Of a stretch of 64,000 nt of DNA, positions 1 through 14,100 are shown piece after piece. The DNA is from Ascidiella aspersa (Eukaryota), in NCBI GenBank assembly GCA_963924565.1, contig OZ004609.1, forward strand, positions 7,998,001-8,062,000, read 5' to 3'. Below the pieces are notes generated by a model. The model did not search any database and had not been told where the DNA came from. It worked only from the letters and a program-made list of their open reading frames with translations. Position 1 is the stretch's first letter. Every line of letters begins with the position of its first letter. A program made the position numbers and the translations under genes.

Positions 1-221
1 TAGTATGTAAAACCTCAAAATAAGTAATTAGTGCACCATTTAACCAGTATAAAGTATATTCATCACACAACAGTACAAAACTGTGAGGCATCACTTATAC
101 ATTATATTGAAACGAAGTGTTGGTAGGTAATTACCGTAATTATTGTGCATTAAAAATAAAATAGGTTGCTATTGCATATAAATAAAACAAAACTATAACA
201 GGTGAACATTTAAAGAAAAAG

Positions 222-3022
222 CTACAATTTCGCTGATTTACTTAAAACTGTTGATGATTTGCATACCAGAATTGGTACTCTTATGAAAGTTGCAATCCTG
301 TTTGCAGTCTTTTGAAGCTTGGTGTAATTTACCACTGCCACTTTTTGATTTCCATTCTAAAATATAAGCAAACAAATTTAGTTACATAGGCATAAACACA
401 GATAGCAGCTTTGTATATACACTCTAACAAAAACTTTTTTTAAATGGTGATATGACAATCTCAATGTTTTTTTAAAGAATGTAGATATTGTTTATCGCAG
501 ATTAATGTTACGAAAAGCAACATTTCTTCTGCTAAAATGACATGCCTACTATTGTAAAAAAAATTTGTCTTTCTTGTATATTAGACAGAATTTAAAGTGA
601 ACCACTTCTGTTTAAAAAAATAATTATACAGATTTGTTTATAAATACACTGGAGAGCAGGATTGTTTTATTTACAAATTTCTCCCAAAGATTGCAAATCA
701 CTGGCTAAAGGTTCACCTTACTTACCTTGTGAACAATTAGGTCTTTTGAATCAACAAGGGCGTGCACACAATTTGAGATAAGATTTAGTGACAGCATTTC
801 TTGTTGAACACCGTCAGTTTGCAAATGTCCAGCAATCCACCGCTGGATCTGATTAAAAAGAAATAAATTAATTAATTTTTTTCCAAAACTTTTAATGTCA
901 AACCTAATAGTCTTTTGTGTAAACTACTGATAGTGCCAATCACTATAACCACACTTTACTGCCTTTTAATTTGTGCAACTATTGTTAAATGCTTAACATA
1001 TTAACACACAAATTCGGATTATAACGAAAATATATATAAATATATAAACAAACACCAATATATGGTGCTGAGTACATTAAGGGCATTTAGAGGATTGGCA
1101 AATCATTACTATTTCAAAACACTAGGTACATTAATCAATAGAAAGTTTATATATGTGATTTATATATATAGTGGAAAAATCTCTGAAAAAAAAAATTGTA
1201 ATACCTGTGAGGGGAGGGTATGTAACTGGTTTGAAGGTGACATGTTCAGTAGAAATTGGCAGCACATCCAGTAGCCTGAAAGGAATAGGGTGAACGTGGA
1301 TCGAAGAAAAACAAGCAACCGGTCTGCATGCTCTTCGATGTGGTACAAGCCACCATTTTGAGAGGTAATGACGCCACATTCTACAAGAAAGTTAATTCCA
1401 TTATTAAAATCCAGACTGTCTTTTACCGGCTCGAAAATGAAATCTTTCTTGAGAAGCTGTTGCAGGAATGTAAAGTCTTCTTTGAGTACATCTGGCTCGA
1501 TGAACTGTTTGGTAGGTTCATGTTGTTTAAGCTTATGGATGGAAAACGAAACCAAAGCCGGCCGGATAAAATTGTGAAGCATCTGGTTCCGGTAGTTGCC
1601 AAGCATGATGTGGTTCACCGTTTCTTCGATAACAGATGAATCGAGGAGACTTGACTTCATGGAGCCCTTTACCTTCGACTTGCTTCCAGCGACAAAAATT
1701 TTATCAGCTTTGCGGGGGTCGGTGTGCGTTTGTAGGTGCACGACATGTTGAAAGCGATGCAAATTGATGAGGACTATTTCGCGCATGGAACCTGCAGGCC
1801 ATATCACTGCAACTCTGCATTTGCCAAGAATCTGTCGGAACCAAAGCATTTCAAGCACAAATCTATCTAGAGAAATGCCCTGGGGATGTTGGGAGAGCAC
1901 CACAGCCATCGCTGCCCAAGCGGTGAAGATCATGTTTTGTTGCTGCCTAAGGATAAGTGTGTACCCGAGCAGTTCCATGTTTTGTTGCTCAGTGTTTGAC
2001 AAACGCAGCATGTATCTTGGATAGCAGGCATGGATTCCGCGATCCAAATGACCAAAGTAGTTCCTGAGTGAAATAGGTTCACAAAAATGCAAGTGAACAC
2101 CACCGTAGTTGTCATTAAGGATAGAACTGGCCTTCATTAGTCCAGATGTCGATTCTTTTGGCTTTGGAATGCCGAGGAGTTCATAAGCGTACAAGTTTTC
2201 CTCGACCAAGCGGTCATAGGAGATACTGATTGGAACTATCATCACATCGAATGTCTGAGCCTTGAGGTAAGGCTCTGCAATCACGGAAAGTAATCCGAAC
2301 TTTGGATTTAGAGACTTGCCAGTTCGACTCCTTGTACCTTCAATAAAGAACTCCATCGGTCTGTCACCGTTGATAATAATAGTGTGAACATACTCAGTAA
2401 ACAAGGCCCAGTAAAGTCTGTCAGAGCCGAAAGAGCGCCGCATAAAGAAGGCACCACAGGCACGAAGAGCAGAACCAATTCCTTTCATGGACATGAAATC
2501 CATTCCTGCGGCAATGGCAGGCAGTGGAAGTTGCAGGTAAAAGCAGACGAGTGTCACGATCAAAAAGTCCATGTAACTTCTGTGGCTTGGCATTAAAACA
2601 ACAGGATGGTGTTTGACCAAGTCTGCTAACTTGCTTACCATGTCCCTGTTGATTAGAACACCATCATGATAGATTTGGCTTACAACAGTGTACAGAGCAT
2701 AGCCAAGCATTCGTACCACGGTCATGTGGTCTGTATAAGCAAGCTCTTTTAGGATATTTGTCGCTTCTTTAATTACATCCTCTTCTTTTCTGTCTTCCTC
2801 GCGGACCATTTGTCTGATAATCCACTGAACACGGTCAGAGTGCAGCGCCTTTTTCCAAACATCGCTAGAAGTTCGCTTTTGGTGGTGGACATATTTTGGA
2901 GGGTGGAATTCCTGGGTTGCGAATCTCAAACCCCCAAAGCTGTGCCTTTGCAGATCCTTTATCATATCCACATACCCATCGTCGTTAATCACTGATTGTT
3001 TTTGATCATACAACAAGTCCAT
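222..3022 (-). CDS. GNPAT: Dihydroxyacetone phosphate acyltransferase (peroxisomal glyceronephosphate O-acyltransferase); coding exons 3022-1205, 848-726, 356-222; about 691 aa
   Basis: ORF 1160..3052 carries the acyltransferase motifs SHRSYMDF (HxxxxD), GAFFMRR and FFIEGTRSRTGK. Phase-0 GT-AG introns (CAG|GTATTA at 1205, AAG|GTAAGT at 726) join two more exons ending ...SKSAKL*, a PTS1 signal typical of GNPAT rather than mitochondrial GPAT. The ATG at 3022 follows an acceptor AG at 3064-3063. Confidence 0.93.
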
Positions 3023-3343
3023 CACTATTTTGTTTTTGTAAAAAGATGACAATTTATAGTACCTGGTAATAAATTTTTTTAAAAATATATACAGTCATTA
3101 ACTATTTTGAAAACTATGTTAGACCTAATAAAAATTAGTTACTATAGTGTACAGCATAACATATGGCCTGATGTAAAAATATTTTTCGATTTACAGTACT
3201 TAGTAATTAAGTGCAGATTTTCTTGTGTATTGCGCGATCACATATGATTGTTGCAATGATAAGCCAAGTGTAACTTGAACTATAAGTCGCAGTTAAAACA
3301 GTTAAGAATTACGTAGTTGAAAAAAATTAATAACTAAAATTTG

Positions 3344-3545
3344 GGCGCTGGTCTAGAATCCTACCACAACGCGCATTATTTGGGTTAGGTTGCGGGTTAG
3401 CGTTTGGGTTAAGGTGGGTCAAGTATTATTATTAAATAAAGAATATAATAATACTTGACCCACCCACACCCAAACGCTAACCAGCACCCTAACTCAAATT
3501 TTGTGCGTTGATTTCATAACTGTGGTAGGATTCTAGACCAGCGCC
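3344..3545. mobile_element. Fold-back MITE, Merlin-like (TIR begins GG, 8-bp TSD)
   Basis: Perfect 25-bp TIR GGCGCTGGTCTAGAATCCTACCACA (3344-3368 / 3521-3545); the interior is also nearly palindromic; TSD AAAATTTG at 3336-3343 and 3546-3553. Superfamily is inferred from the termini and TSD length. Confidence 0.8.
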
Positions 3546-5582
3546 AAAATTTGTATAGTCGCGGCTAAAGTTTTTGCTGATATATTGCATGGTGTTTTAT
3601 GCGCAAAGCGGCAGCGCATGTATGGATTGGGAAATTCTTCATAGCTGTCCTGCAGCAACTATTATCAAACTTGACAAACTGAGTTTATGATTTTTATAAT
3701 TTTGTCATATTTTTGGAAAAAGTGTTTCACCTAAACTAAAGACAAACATCGCAATAAACTTTTAAACATCTTTAAGAACGTTGAGTTTTGAAGATTAAGG
3801 GATTCCCCAGAGTTGAACTTTGTAATTTTCTTATACCTAGCGGGTTTGATTTTAAGGTTTTCCTAGAAATCCTGTTTTATGAAGAAGCTTCAAAAAGTTG
3901 CAAGCATCGTAATATTCTTATAAAACAAATGACCAGAAGTATGAATTACCAATGTGAATAGACACCGAAAATTACCGCAATTCGTACTATATAATATGTT
4001 CGCATCCGTAAACTTAGCCTATAGTCCAATAGTTACTTAAAATATTGACTTGCTTAACAATTTTTAGTTAGCCTACTACACACAAATCGAGTATCCTAAT
4101 GTAAATTTATTTACGTAACCGCGAAAAAGTTCACTCATTAGCCTACTTTACATTTCAGCAAAATTTGTAACAATGGTAGTCTACACATGTCACATGACGT
4201 AATAATAAATGGAAATTAAATTACAACTCGATTTGCTGCAGTAACCAGTTTAACAAGTTTCTTGTTTAATAATTTTAAAAATCTCTGGGGAATATGCTTG
4301 ATATAAACTGTTTTAGCACTTATAGTTGTTGTGGCCTTTTAGCAAAAGCAACCTAAAAACTTTCTATTATTTTATGATTCAAGGTCATTGCTAGCATATC
4401 TTAAGGCTATAAGGCTTAGGCTATCTGCACTACAGTTGTATAGGTGCCATTTGTTCTTCCTTGAAAGCGCACCGTTTTTTGTTTAGTGATATCCACGTTT
4501 CATAAAAAGCACTTCGGCTTTTAAAACACCTTTGATTGCTACAGAAGTGACCTTTGAACCACTTAAGCGTTTAAATAAAATGTTGGACCTTGAACTATTG
4601 AAGCCAACTAATGCTACAGCATATAGGCTACTGCTGTTTATTTTATTACCACCAGGTTAGAAACTACTATTAAAAAGTGTAATGAAACTACTTTGAGAAA
4701 ACGCGATAAATTTTATAGTTAATCTATTTTGGTGTTTGTTAACCATTTGGGGCACACCTGGCGAGCGAAGCGAGAGCGATTTTTTTGGTATGTCGGTATT
4801 TCTTTTAAATTTCTTGTTTTTGTTACATTAAAAAAAAATGGTTAAAAAATATATGTCGATTATGTTTAAATACGTTTTCCGTTTGTCCGCGACGCACTTG
4901 GCAGCTTTCCACGGCGCAACAGTAAAGAAGCGCTGATCTAGTTCAAAAAGAGCATCAAAACGTAAACACACTGGATGTATAAAGATCATTAGCGCGGAGG
5001 GCGAAAATTTTACGCATTTACACACTTAAAATAGTCAAAAAGTATTTAAAATGGACTCGTGTCTAATTTGATTTGCACTAACAACACAAAAGCTTTTAAT
5101 TGTACTTGGATTTAAGTTAGTTATTATAAAGTCGAGGTCAGCGTACGGTCACTTAAGCCGTCGATGCAAATCTGAAATACGCCGCTTTGCGAATCTGAAA
5201 AACGCCGCTTTGCGAATTTTTGAAATATTCATTATATGGCGCCATAAGCTCGTACACCACTACCTATTAAGTAAAAAAAATGTAAAAATGTACATATTTT
5301 ATAATTTGGGGGGGGGGGGGGGGGGGACCATGGCCATATCGCCCCGACCCCCCCCCCTCCCCCCCTAGATCCGCCCCTGACCATCAACCGTCAAATTTTT
5401 AACATTTGCAACGCATTTTTAAGACGTCAAGATTTCGCATCAAATCTTGTAATATAATAGCTTAACGTACTGATCTGAGAGAATTATAGCGATAAGGGTA
5501 AACAACATTAATAAACCTTGTTGGACACTTCTCGCATAATATTTCGGGCTCAAGTTTGACTTATGAAAATCAATGTTTAGTG

Positions 5583-6688
5583 CAGGGTTTGTCAACCGTG
5601 GCCCTGGAATTGCGAAACCAAAAGCATCACTGATATCGAAATTTGCAAGTTAACTTAAACGTGTCATTTTTATTATGACTGTAAAACTTTCTGGTAACGT
5701 TCGTAACAAATTTTTCTGACACGTTCTTTGACGCGTCAGTAGGCATGTTTAAAGTATACTGGATTCGTTCTATCACGAAAAGTTACGATTAATCGAACGT
5801 TCGCCATTGGCCAGTTTGGATAAAGGCCGATCGCTATGGCTAAACAATTACTTTATATGTAGCCAAGTAGTGCGTGCCAAATGTGGCTCTGAGAGTGCCG
5901 GTCAAGCTATATTTTTTTGCCAACTTATATGTGAACGCAAAAATTTTGTCGCGCTTCGCGCGTAACCTGTTTTCTTCGTTTTATATCATCATTATGGCTT
6001 GCCGATGTTTTCGATATCAAGGCGCCGTGTAAGTCGTGTGACTTATAACTATACAGTTCAATTTCTGTATACTATAAATTATTTTTTCGAATCCTTTCAG
6101 GGGCCATATGCGTCACGTATATCCACTGTTTTAGAAGTGATTTTACGTAGTGGGACTCTGTAAAGCGTACTTTAGGCAACGACAAAAAAAATTGCCGAAT
6201 ACTGGTGTAGCCTAATGCCATCAGTTGCAGAAATTCACAATTTTCTTAAAGGGCGTTAACTTGCAAAACAAACTCGTAAAACGCAAGTATGGTGCAAGGT
6301 TACTCAAGGTCAATTTTAGACCAATATTTACCGAGGTTATGCACAGCGTATTTCTCAAGTAATAGTAACGCATTTATAAAACGAAAATTCAGAAAGCATC
6401 TCGAATATTATAGCAGATAAAGCTTTGTAATGACTACTATGTTAATTTAAATTAAAATGACTGGTTTGTTATTTTTTAGAAAATTACTGATTTTGTTAAA
6501 TTTTTAGAAGTCTTTAAACTGAGTACATTTATTCGTTGATTAATAGCCATACTTGCTATTAAGGTAAAGAAAGAAGTAAAACAAGTACAAACAGTTAAAC
6601 ACAACGCTAAGTATTTTTAAGTAGGGTGGCACGAGGGCCGATAGCCTTTCAAAGGGTACCACGAACCATAGAAGGTTAAGAACCACTG
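5583..6688. mobile_element. Non-autonomous hAT DNA transposon, about 1.1 kb
   Basis: Termini CAGGGTTTGTCAACC ... GGTTAAGAACCACTG; perfect 8-bp TSD GTTTAGTG (5575-5582 / 6689-6696). Confidence 0.8.
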
Positions 6689-9534
6689 GTTTAGTGGAAA
6701 CATGTGAAGTATTTTCATTTTCATGTTATGGCAAAATGATCAATTTTTGTTTTTTTAACGTTATTGTATTTATTTTCGAACGTTCGTGTATTGGCTTTCG
6801 ATGTTATTAATAATAACAGGTCATAGTGTGAAAACAAGACAAATATAATAATATATTGAGAAAACAGCAATAAATCAATTAAACCAATGGGCTAAAAAAC
6901 TGTTTTTCCAAGAACGAAATTACATAAAATTCCTAATATAGTATAGAAGTGTATATATTTGCGTCATACGCTATAATTGTTACAGCTTAAATTTGTGGAC
7001 TCCTTAATGTGGGCAAGACAAATCCGACGCTTACTTTATCTATGTTCAACATTGACAATCCAGGAAAGAAGTCAAACCTGACGTTTTTATGGTGTTGGTG
7101 TTTCGCCAGTAAAAATCGTTGCCGAGCGCAATTTTCTATTACGAACTTTCAGGCTTGATTTATCATGTTTTCTTCTCGAACACTGTACATGCCGACATGA
7201 CTTCATTAACCTTTGGTTGCATTGCCATAAAAACATTAAACATTTCGTTTTGTCTCACGATTTGTTAATAAAAGGATCATGTAAATGGCTTTTCAACCGT
7301 GTGTGGCCCTAATGTGAAAAACGACAGAAAACGAGATTTTTCTCTATTTGGGCAACGTTTAATTGGGATGTCACATTAATTACTTAAAGAAATAACAGAC
7401 TATCGTTATCTGCCAACGGATTAAGGCTGGTCGTAGCAATATTTACCCGAAACCTGACTAATATGTATACACATCGCTGATAACAAGGTTGTTATATTTA
7501 CATCTCAGGGCAATTAGGCGGGCCCGCCCGGAACAACATACGGGATGAATTTGACCCACAGGGCGTTTATTAATATCCAAACTTTGGCATGGCTAAAGTT
7601 TAATTAGTTTTCGTTTAATAACAATCCAAATTTAAAGTAAAATGAAAACGCAGAGACATCTTGGAAAATGACTTGATTGTATTGTTTTCGAAGACAGTGC
7701 CCTTCAAGCATAAACCTTTTGGTAGACGCTGTAAATTTCTCATTAAAATAATAAATAATTATCTATTAGATAAACACACATTTGCCAGTGGAATATTAGA
7801 GGCCATTTGTATTTTTAGCCCGTTTATATTTCACGGTCTACACATTAGATTAGGCATTGGATTTTTTCTTAGTATCGTACTATAATTAGTTCTATAAACA
7901 ATGCGTTTTAGATTGAATTTTGGTTATATTCGTTACTTTTTCAGGGAACAAATTGTACTCAATAACAGCACGTAATTTTTTGAATAAATCAGTCTAATGA
8001 TAAATAATACTCTACCTAATGGAAAATGCTGAAATGATTGGAATTTGACAAATTTGACTGTTAGTGCGCAATGCAAACCTATATAGTTGTGAAACAAACT
8101 CATTTGAAATTTTACGACCACACCATCTGGACGTTAAACAACCTTTTAACATGTTGTCAATCATTATTTCCTGTAAATAAACAGGTGCCTAACTTATTTT
8201 TTAGTAAAGTTAACCTGATGTTAAAAGATGAATTTAAACTATTCTTTATATAGCCGACGCTAAGTTCTGTAATTTGCAAAGATTTTACCGAACACGACGC
8301 ACCGCTCAGAAACCGCGTGGTGTTTGCGTCGTTGATTCTCCACTATATATACATCAAAAATATCAAATGACTCGATACCAATTGGGGCCTAATAGCTGTC
8401 TAGACTTTTAGAATTGCTATAAAACTATTTCATAGATAGAAATGACTCAGAAATGTTTACAGGGCGAGATGCCTCCTAACATACAAAATTGGCAGCATAA
8501 ATTTTATCAAAAAATGTTATGCTTTTATTCAAAATTATTAGGTTACCAACTTTGCGCAAATAGGTTATAGATTGGCGTATCGCGATGAGAAATGATCTGC
8601 TTAATAACTATTTTATTTTGTATTCGCGAACTATTGTGGCTTTCGTTCAATCGAAAGAAACAGAATGACCGGTTAAAATAACAATGACTGTTGCTTAGCA
8701 AGAAATAACTGCCAGGTTGTATTTTTGCTTCAATACACTATTTCGATCAGTTGGAACGCCATACTTATAAGACCATAGAGGAACCGATATTTGCGCTATT
8801 ATAATCCCATTTTAGATGTATTGTCATAGTAGTCGTGCCTTTACTTGGATGACTCGGCTGTTAAACTTTTGCCCCAGGGATTCAACAATGACACATTAGT
8901 TTACGGGCTTTACGCCATTTTTAAATATTTTTACATTTTTTTTATTTTTACAGTTGTTTGTAATTGCAGACAACTTGGATTTTGTTTGAAGTACTTTCTA
9001 ACTAATGAATTGCGACGCAAATTTGAGTCGCCGACTGCAGAAATAGTCTCTCGGTTAGTTTTGCCAAAGTAGATTCTGACCAACATTTTATACAATACTT
9101 GAGTAAAATGCTGGGTTTGTAGACACGAATCATTTTAATAAAATTGAAATCAACTTATTTATGCTAATTGCACATGCTTTGTTAACTTACAAAAAGTTCA
9201 GTGAACAAACCAAATGCTTAGCTGTTATACTTACGCGTAACATTTGAGCCTCCGCTAAAAATAGTTTGATAAACAGTGGTTTAGGGCAACCTGCTTCTTT
9301 CACTCGACTATAGAGTTTCGAAAAGTTTCAGTTTTACCCCATTACACCATAAACAATCGTCAGCCATTTGAATCGATTGTACACATTGTGTTAGCTTAAA
9401 ATTGACCAATTGCAACTACATTTATTTTCTTGTCGCCGGGAATCCCCTTTTCGTGTTTTTATGAATCGAATTGGCGTGAACGACGTTATGCGTCAGCAGC
9501 AGGACAAACTTCTTCGCTCGGCTCGGCCGTAGTT

Positions 9535-9910
9535 TATAAAGCGCCGGTGTCCAGGGCCCCGAGGGTTATTAGCGAGCTGTAGTCAACTTGAAGTTGAGAT
9601 ACTGTTGCGCTGAAGATTGCTGTAGCAAAGGTGCAATGCCCTACGTCAGCCACTTAAACTGTTCTCTGCTTGACGGGCAACGTTGGCTATGGTTAATGCG
9701 ATTAGTTAATTACCGACTTCTTTCTCGCGTTGGAAGTTTAGGAGTGCGGCCAGAATGTCTAAAAAAGGGCTTTCCCAGTCAGTGTAAGCGAAACCAGGTG
9801 CCACAGCACTCGTTCATTTTGTGAGCTTGACTTATGACAAAGATCGAGGTCGTAATTTCGACCGTAATTACGACTCGTGTTTCCGCGACTGTTTTGTCGC
9901 CGGCGCTAAG
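9535..9910 (+). promoter_or_regulatory. Candidate TATA box and non-coding first exon of the MAM-protease gene
   Basis: TATAAA at 9535-9540 in a GC/CpG-richer patch with upstream TGCGTCA. A strong donor AAG|GTAAGC at 9910/9911 could join the acceptor TTTTTTCAACAG at 11095 that precedes the ATG exon. Confidence 0.45.
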
Positions 9911-11165
9911 GTAAGCTTGAATGCCGCCGTTCGAAGGTAACATGCAATTGAAGTGGCGGTTAAAGTGCCACGAGCGGTACGCTCCGGTTTAGACCTTTTT
10001 CAATTGAACTTTTCGAAACAGTTACCAAGGGTTAAAAATCGTAAAAAGGTAGTAACGTATTTGGCATTTACAATTTATGCTGGTATTCCAAAATCACTGA
10101 ATATGCTGTTGCCGCCAGGCATTGTTCCAATTGTAAACTTGTTCTTCCGGCAAAATTCCGAAATCGTTTATAAACTTCAAACTTATTTGTCCATTTGTCG
10201 GGTCTTGAATCTACCCCGCAATATATCGCAGATGCCAAGCGCTTTCAAATGGATCATCATGTGCACATTTAAATATAACAGTTGTACGTATTAGAGCGGG
10301 AGAGGTGAAACATAAGTCCCGGAACATTTTGTGAGGCTTGTTCCGGTGGTTAAATCGTAAAGAGGCGTTAATCATATTTCCTATAATAGAAAACATCAAG
10401 TAATGGGTTATTTGTATTAATTTACATGTTAGATTTTTCTATAAGTTCATTATTCCAATTCACATTTTGCATATAAGGGTATAGTTATGCAATACGCTTC
10501 CTGATGTGAAGATTTTTTTGCTTACTGCTTGCAGAATAATCAATCTTCCGAACCTCCTGTTCAGTCGGAAGTCGTTTACGTTCGGTCTGACCCGTGTTTG
10601 GCTGCTTTCTGCTTTACCCTTATTTGCCCAAAAGTGGAGTTTCTGCCCTATTTGGTGTCAGATTTGGATTTCGTTGAATGCTACGCGCACTTACTGCACG
10701 TTAAACAATTAGCGAATGTCATGCGAAGTTCAAAGCCAGTAAAGGCACAGGGCGTTTTGACAATATCATAACAGTTATAACACATGACAGGCCGACTCTT
10801 TTTATGCTCATCCAGCCCAGGTTATTGTATTGTTTTTCAAATTTTACAACATTACAAACCGCAAAGCAAATGCCCATGCTGATTTCATAAGGAGTTTATT
10901 CAAGTATTTTTAATTTTTTTCCAAGGTGTTTTCCCGCTGTACAGTTTTGTCTCAATAAATAGATGTTTCTCATTCTTAAATTAGGAATTCAACGCATAGG
11001 TTAAGTGTTTATTTTTATATATTGAACATCCGCGATTTTTTGCTTGCTTGCAAGATTAAAATCATGTTATAAATTATATTCGTTTTTTTCAACAGATTCC
11101 GACGCCGAACCAACGATCGGCAACGTGTTTTATCTTTAGTTTTTATTTATTACCGTGCTGCTGAA

Positions 11166-14100
11166 ATGTGCAATTTGTTTTTGTCGTTTGTCTTCGTCGC
11201 GATCCTCTTTGGAACGGCAACGCAATGCCAGGAAACGAACGAAAGAGGTAAAAAACTAATAAGAATATCAAAACCTATACTGAAGTATCGAGATGGGAAA
11301 TTTCACTTAAATCTCGGTGTTGAAAATGAATAAAGAGTTATTCGAAACGTTCAAAATGATACCTACTTCTGTAAGGGCTTTGATATTCTTATTACGTCTT
11401 ACTACAACCTCCAAGCATTATGTTCCAAGGTAAAAATCTGTTTTTGGCAAATATACGCAGTGCTAAAAGTAGTCCAAAACGGTCCGGAACCGCTTTCGGT
11501 TAAAAAAATATTCGTTTGCACCAGGCCATATTCATTCTTCACCCGACCACCCCATATCTTCATAAATGTATTCAATCTAAGATTTAAGTTTTGAATTGGT
11601 GCACCACATATGATACCCCCAGGCTCCCTTAGGTTACTTGTTTAGACGTTCACTTATGACGTAACTCTCTGACGTCATTTCTGAAACTTTTTTTGCATTC
11701 CGATAAGAAATTTATTCTACTTCCACCCCTGCGTTTGATATGTATTACATTTTCAAGGTATTTACAAAGTAACAGTGTAGTACATGTTTCACCGAGGAAA
11801 GTATACGCCCTTACTAAGCATCAAATATTACCATATAAACAAGATTATTTTTGATAATTTGATTAAACCGCAATTTTTTAAAAGAAAGCACGTATTTTCA
11901 AATTGTAAAAGGAAAATTAAAATGTTTTTTTAATGCGACCAATTCTCACTGAAATTGGAGAAATGTGTTTCACCTGCAGTGGAAAAAGCGGTGTTTTATG
12001 ACTCATTATTTGCGTCAATAGGATTTACGTAGTCATGCAAATATTCGTAATTAATCTCTGTTTTGTCCTACACATTTCCTCATACACCTGTGATTGCGTA
12101 AAAACACTGTATATACTGCCAAGTTGTACAATACATACCATTTTTTTACAAACACCACGTTGTTAGCACGTTTTTAGAAGGCATAAACTATTATATTCAG
12201 GGTCACATGTTTTTCATTCACTCGTAGATTATTATTTATTTAAAGTTTTTTTTTTTTTGATAATCCACTTAGTAACAAATAACATTCAAAACTATCAATT
12301 TTAGTCAATTGAATGCACGTCAGTAAGACATAATTTGAATGCATTAGCAAAGGCGTTATATTTGCCCATAAAAGGGCTTATTTACCGAACAAACCGAACA
12401 CGACTATTTTCATTTCGCAGCCAAACGGAGCAGCGGACCCAGTGCAAGAGTGACGTCATCAAACCGTACGTCATTCTCGTGTGATTTCGACGTGGGTTAT
12501 TGCGGCTGGGAAAACGACACCACCTCGGATTTCTCCTGGCTTCGCATTAAGGGGGAAACACCGTCCAAACACACTGGCCCACCGTGGGATCACACGACTC
12601 GAGGTAGTTAACAAGTTGTTGACCAGTGCTTTATTAGAGTAATTTGTGAAACGTTGAATGTGACATATCTTGATTGACAACGCTGTTATATATAATCGAT
12701 AAGCTTGTTCATGGGTAATTTTTTTTTTTTTTTGTGGGTTTCAATAAAAATATGAAAACCATAATATTCGAAAAACGACATGTCGGAAGTTACAGACGTT
12801 TCAGACGTTTCAGTCTGTAAATTCCGATATGTCGTTTTTATCGAATATTATGAATTTTATATTTTTATTGAAATTACTAAAGAAACCCGTGTATTGTGTT
12901 CCAAAGTTTGTGGGTTTGATCCTGATATGACAAAGCTGTTAGACGCAATGTAACGTATGCTCAAAGTTTCGCATTTAAAAATGGTCATATTAAGTTTAAT
13001 TGTCGAATTTGGTTGTTAAAATAGTGCTATTTACGCACTTTATATCACAACTGTTAATCGGGTGGGCCTAGGATTTTATTTGGCAACTAAAAAACGAAAC
13101 AGACTAACGATCAGACTAACTGATAACACTAATTTCCATTACATTTATCAACTCGGTGTTTATTTATGTAGGAAATTGTGTGCGCGCTTGATTACAGTTA
13201 GCTTTTTAAAGCTGAACTAAATTCCTGAGGCAAAAGCTATTTTTCCAAAGCCAAACCTTTCGGTTGCACCTGTCATGTATGACTAAGCCTGTGTTAAACT
13301 TATTCCCCATAAGTTTAACACAGGCTTACTGGTACATGACAGGTGCAACCGAAATGCATAGTTCTTTTCAACTGATGAATTGTTATTATTTTATGAAAAC
13401 TGTGGATAAATTTTACCACATAAGAACAACAACGAATCGCATAGACTTCAGCTACAACGAATTACAAAACCGGAGATAGAGCTAAAGATGCCATTTGTGT
13501 ACAAAACTGTATTCCCTATTATTTTAACTGACGTATTTTACATGTAAATCGCTGAAAAAACCCTTAGTTTTAAATGGTCTGATATAGTCTTCAAATATTC
13601 CAGGAAATCGTTGAAATACGCGAAGTCCAAAAATTCCTCGAGACAATTAACTCCGTGGTCGACGTTTAAATTCGCCTTAACTGGCCGGGAACAGACAAAC
13701 AAGAGTTTTACTTGGGTCGCCGGCGGCGCAATTAATCGGGATGCAATTAAAACCCGACGCCGCCATTATGCGTAATGCATTTACGTCACTGTCGCAATGG
13801 CGCGCGCGTTCGCACTGACGCATCTAGACAAATAGCGACGCATCATCATTGGCGTTTTACTGCGAATGTGCCGCGATTTTATTGCCGCAAAAGGCATCGC
13901 TTTATTTAAGGCGTTTCCGTCGAATTCGCCCCCCTACGGTTATGGAGCAATTTCGAAAGCCGCCTGGCAACACTTTGTAACCGACCTTAAATTGCTCGAG
14001 TTCAGCTTGTTAAATTGTAGCCGTTGGATGTGGCTGTATTCGACGAGGCGGTTTTCTTTCTGTCAATAAAACAGTGTATTTTGGTTCGGTCGTGACCGGC

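Noticed and set aside
1062-2995. Short ORFs overlapping GNPAT
   Set aside because: Alternative-frame or antisense by-products of the long GNPAT exon, with no recognisable motifs.
5308-5380. Poly-G / poly-C tract as a regulatory G-quadruplex
   Set aside because: It looks like the terminus of a dispersed repeat (a similar GGATCCAGAGGGGG..ACCATG lies at about 53105-53140), and homopolymer lengths are unreliable.
9588-10771. ORFs of 62-113 aa upstream of the protease ATG exon
   Set aside because: Mostly non-ATG starts and no motifs; better explained as 5' UTR or first intron.
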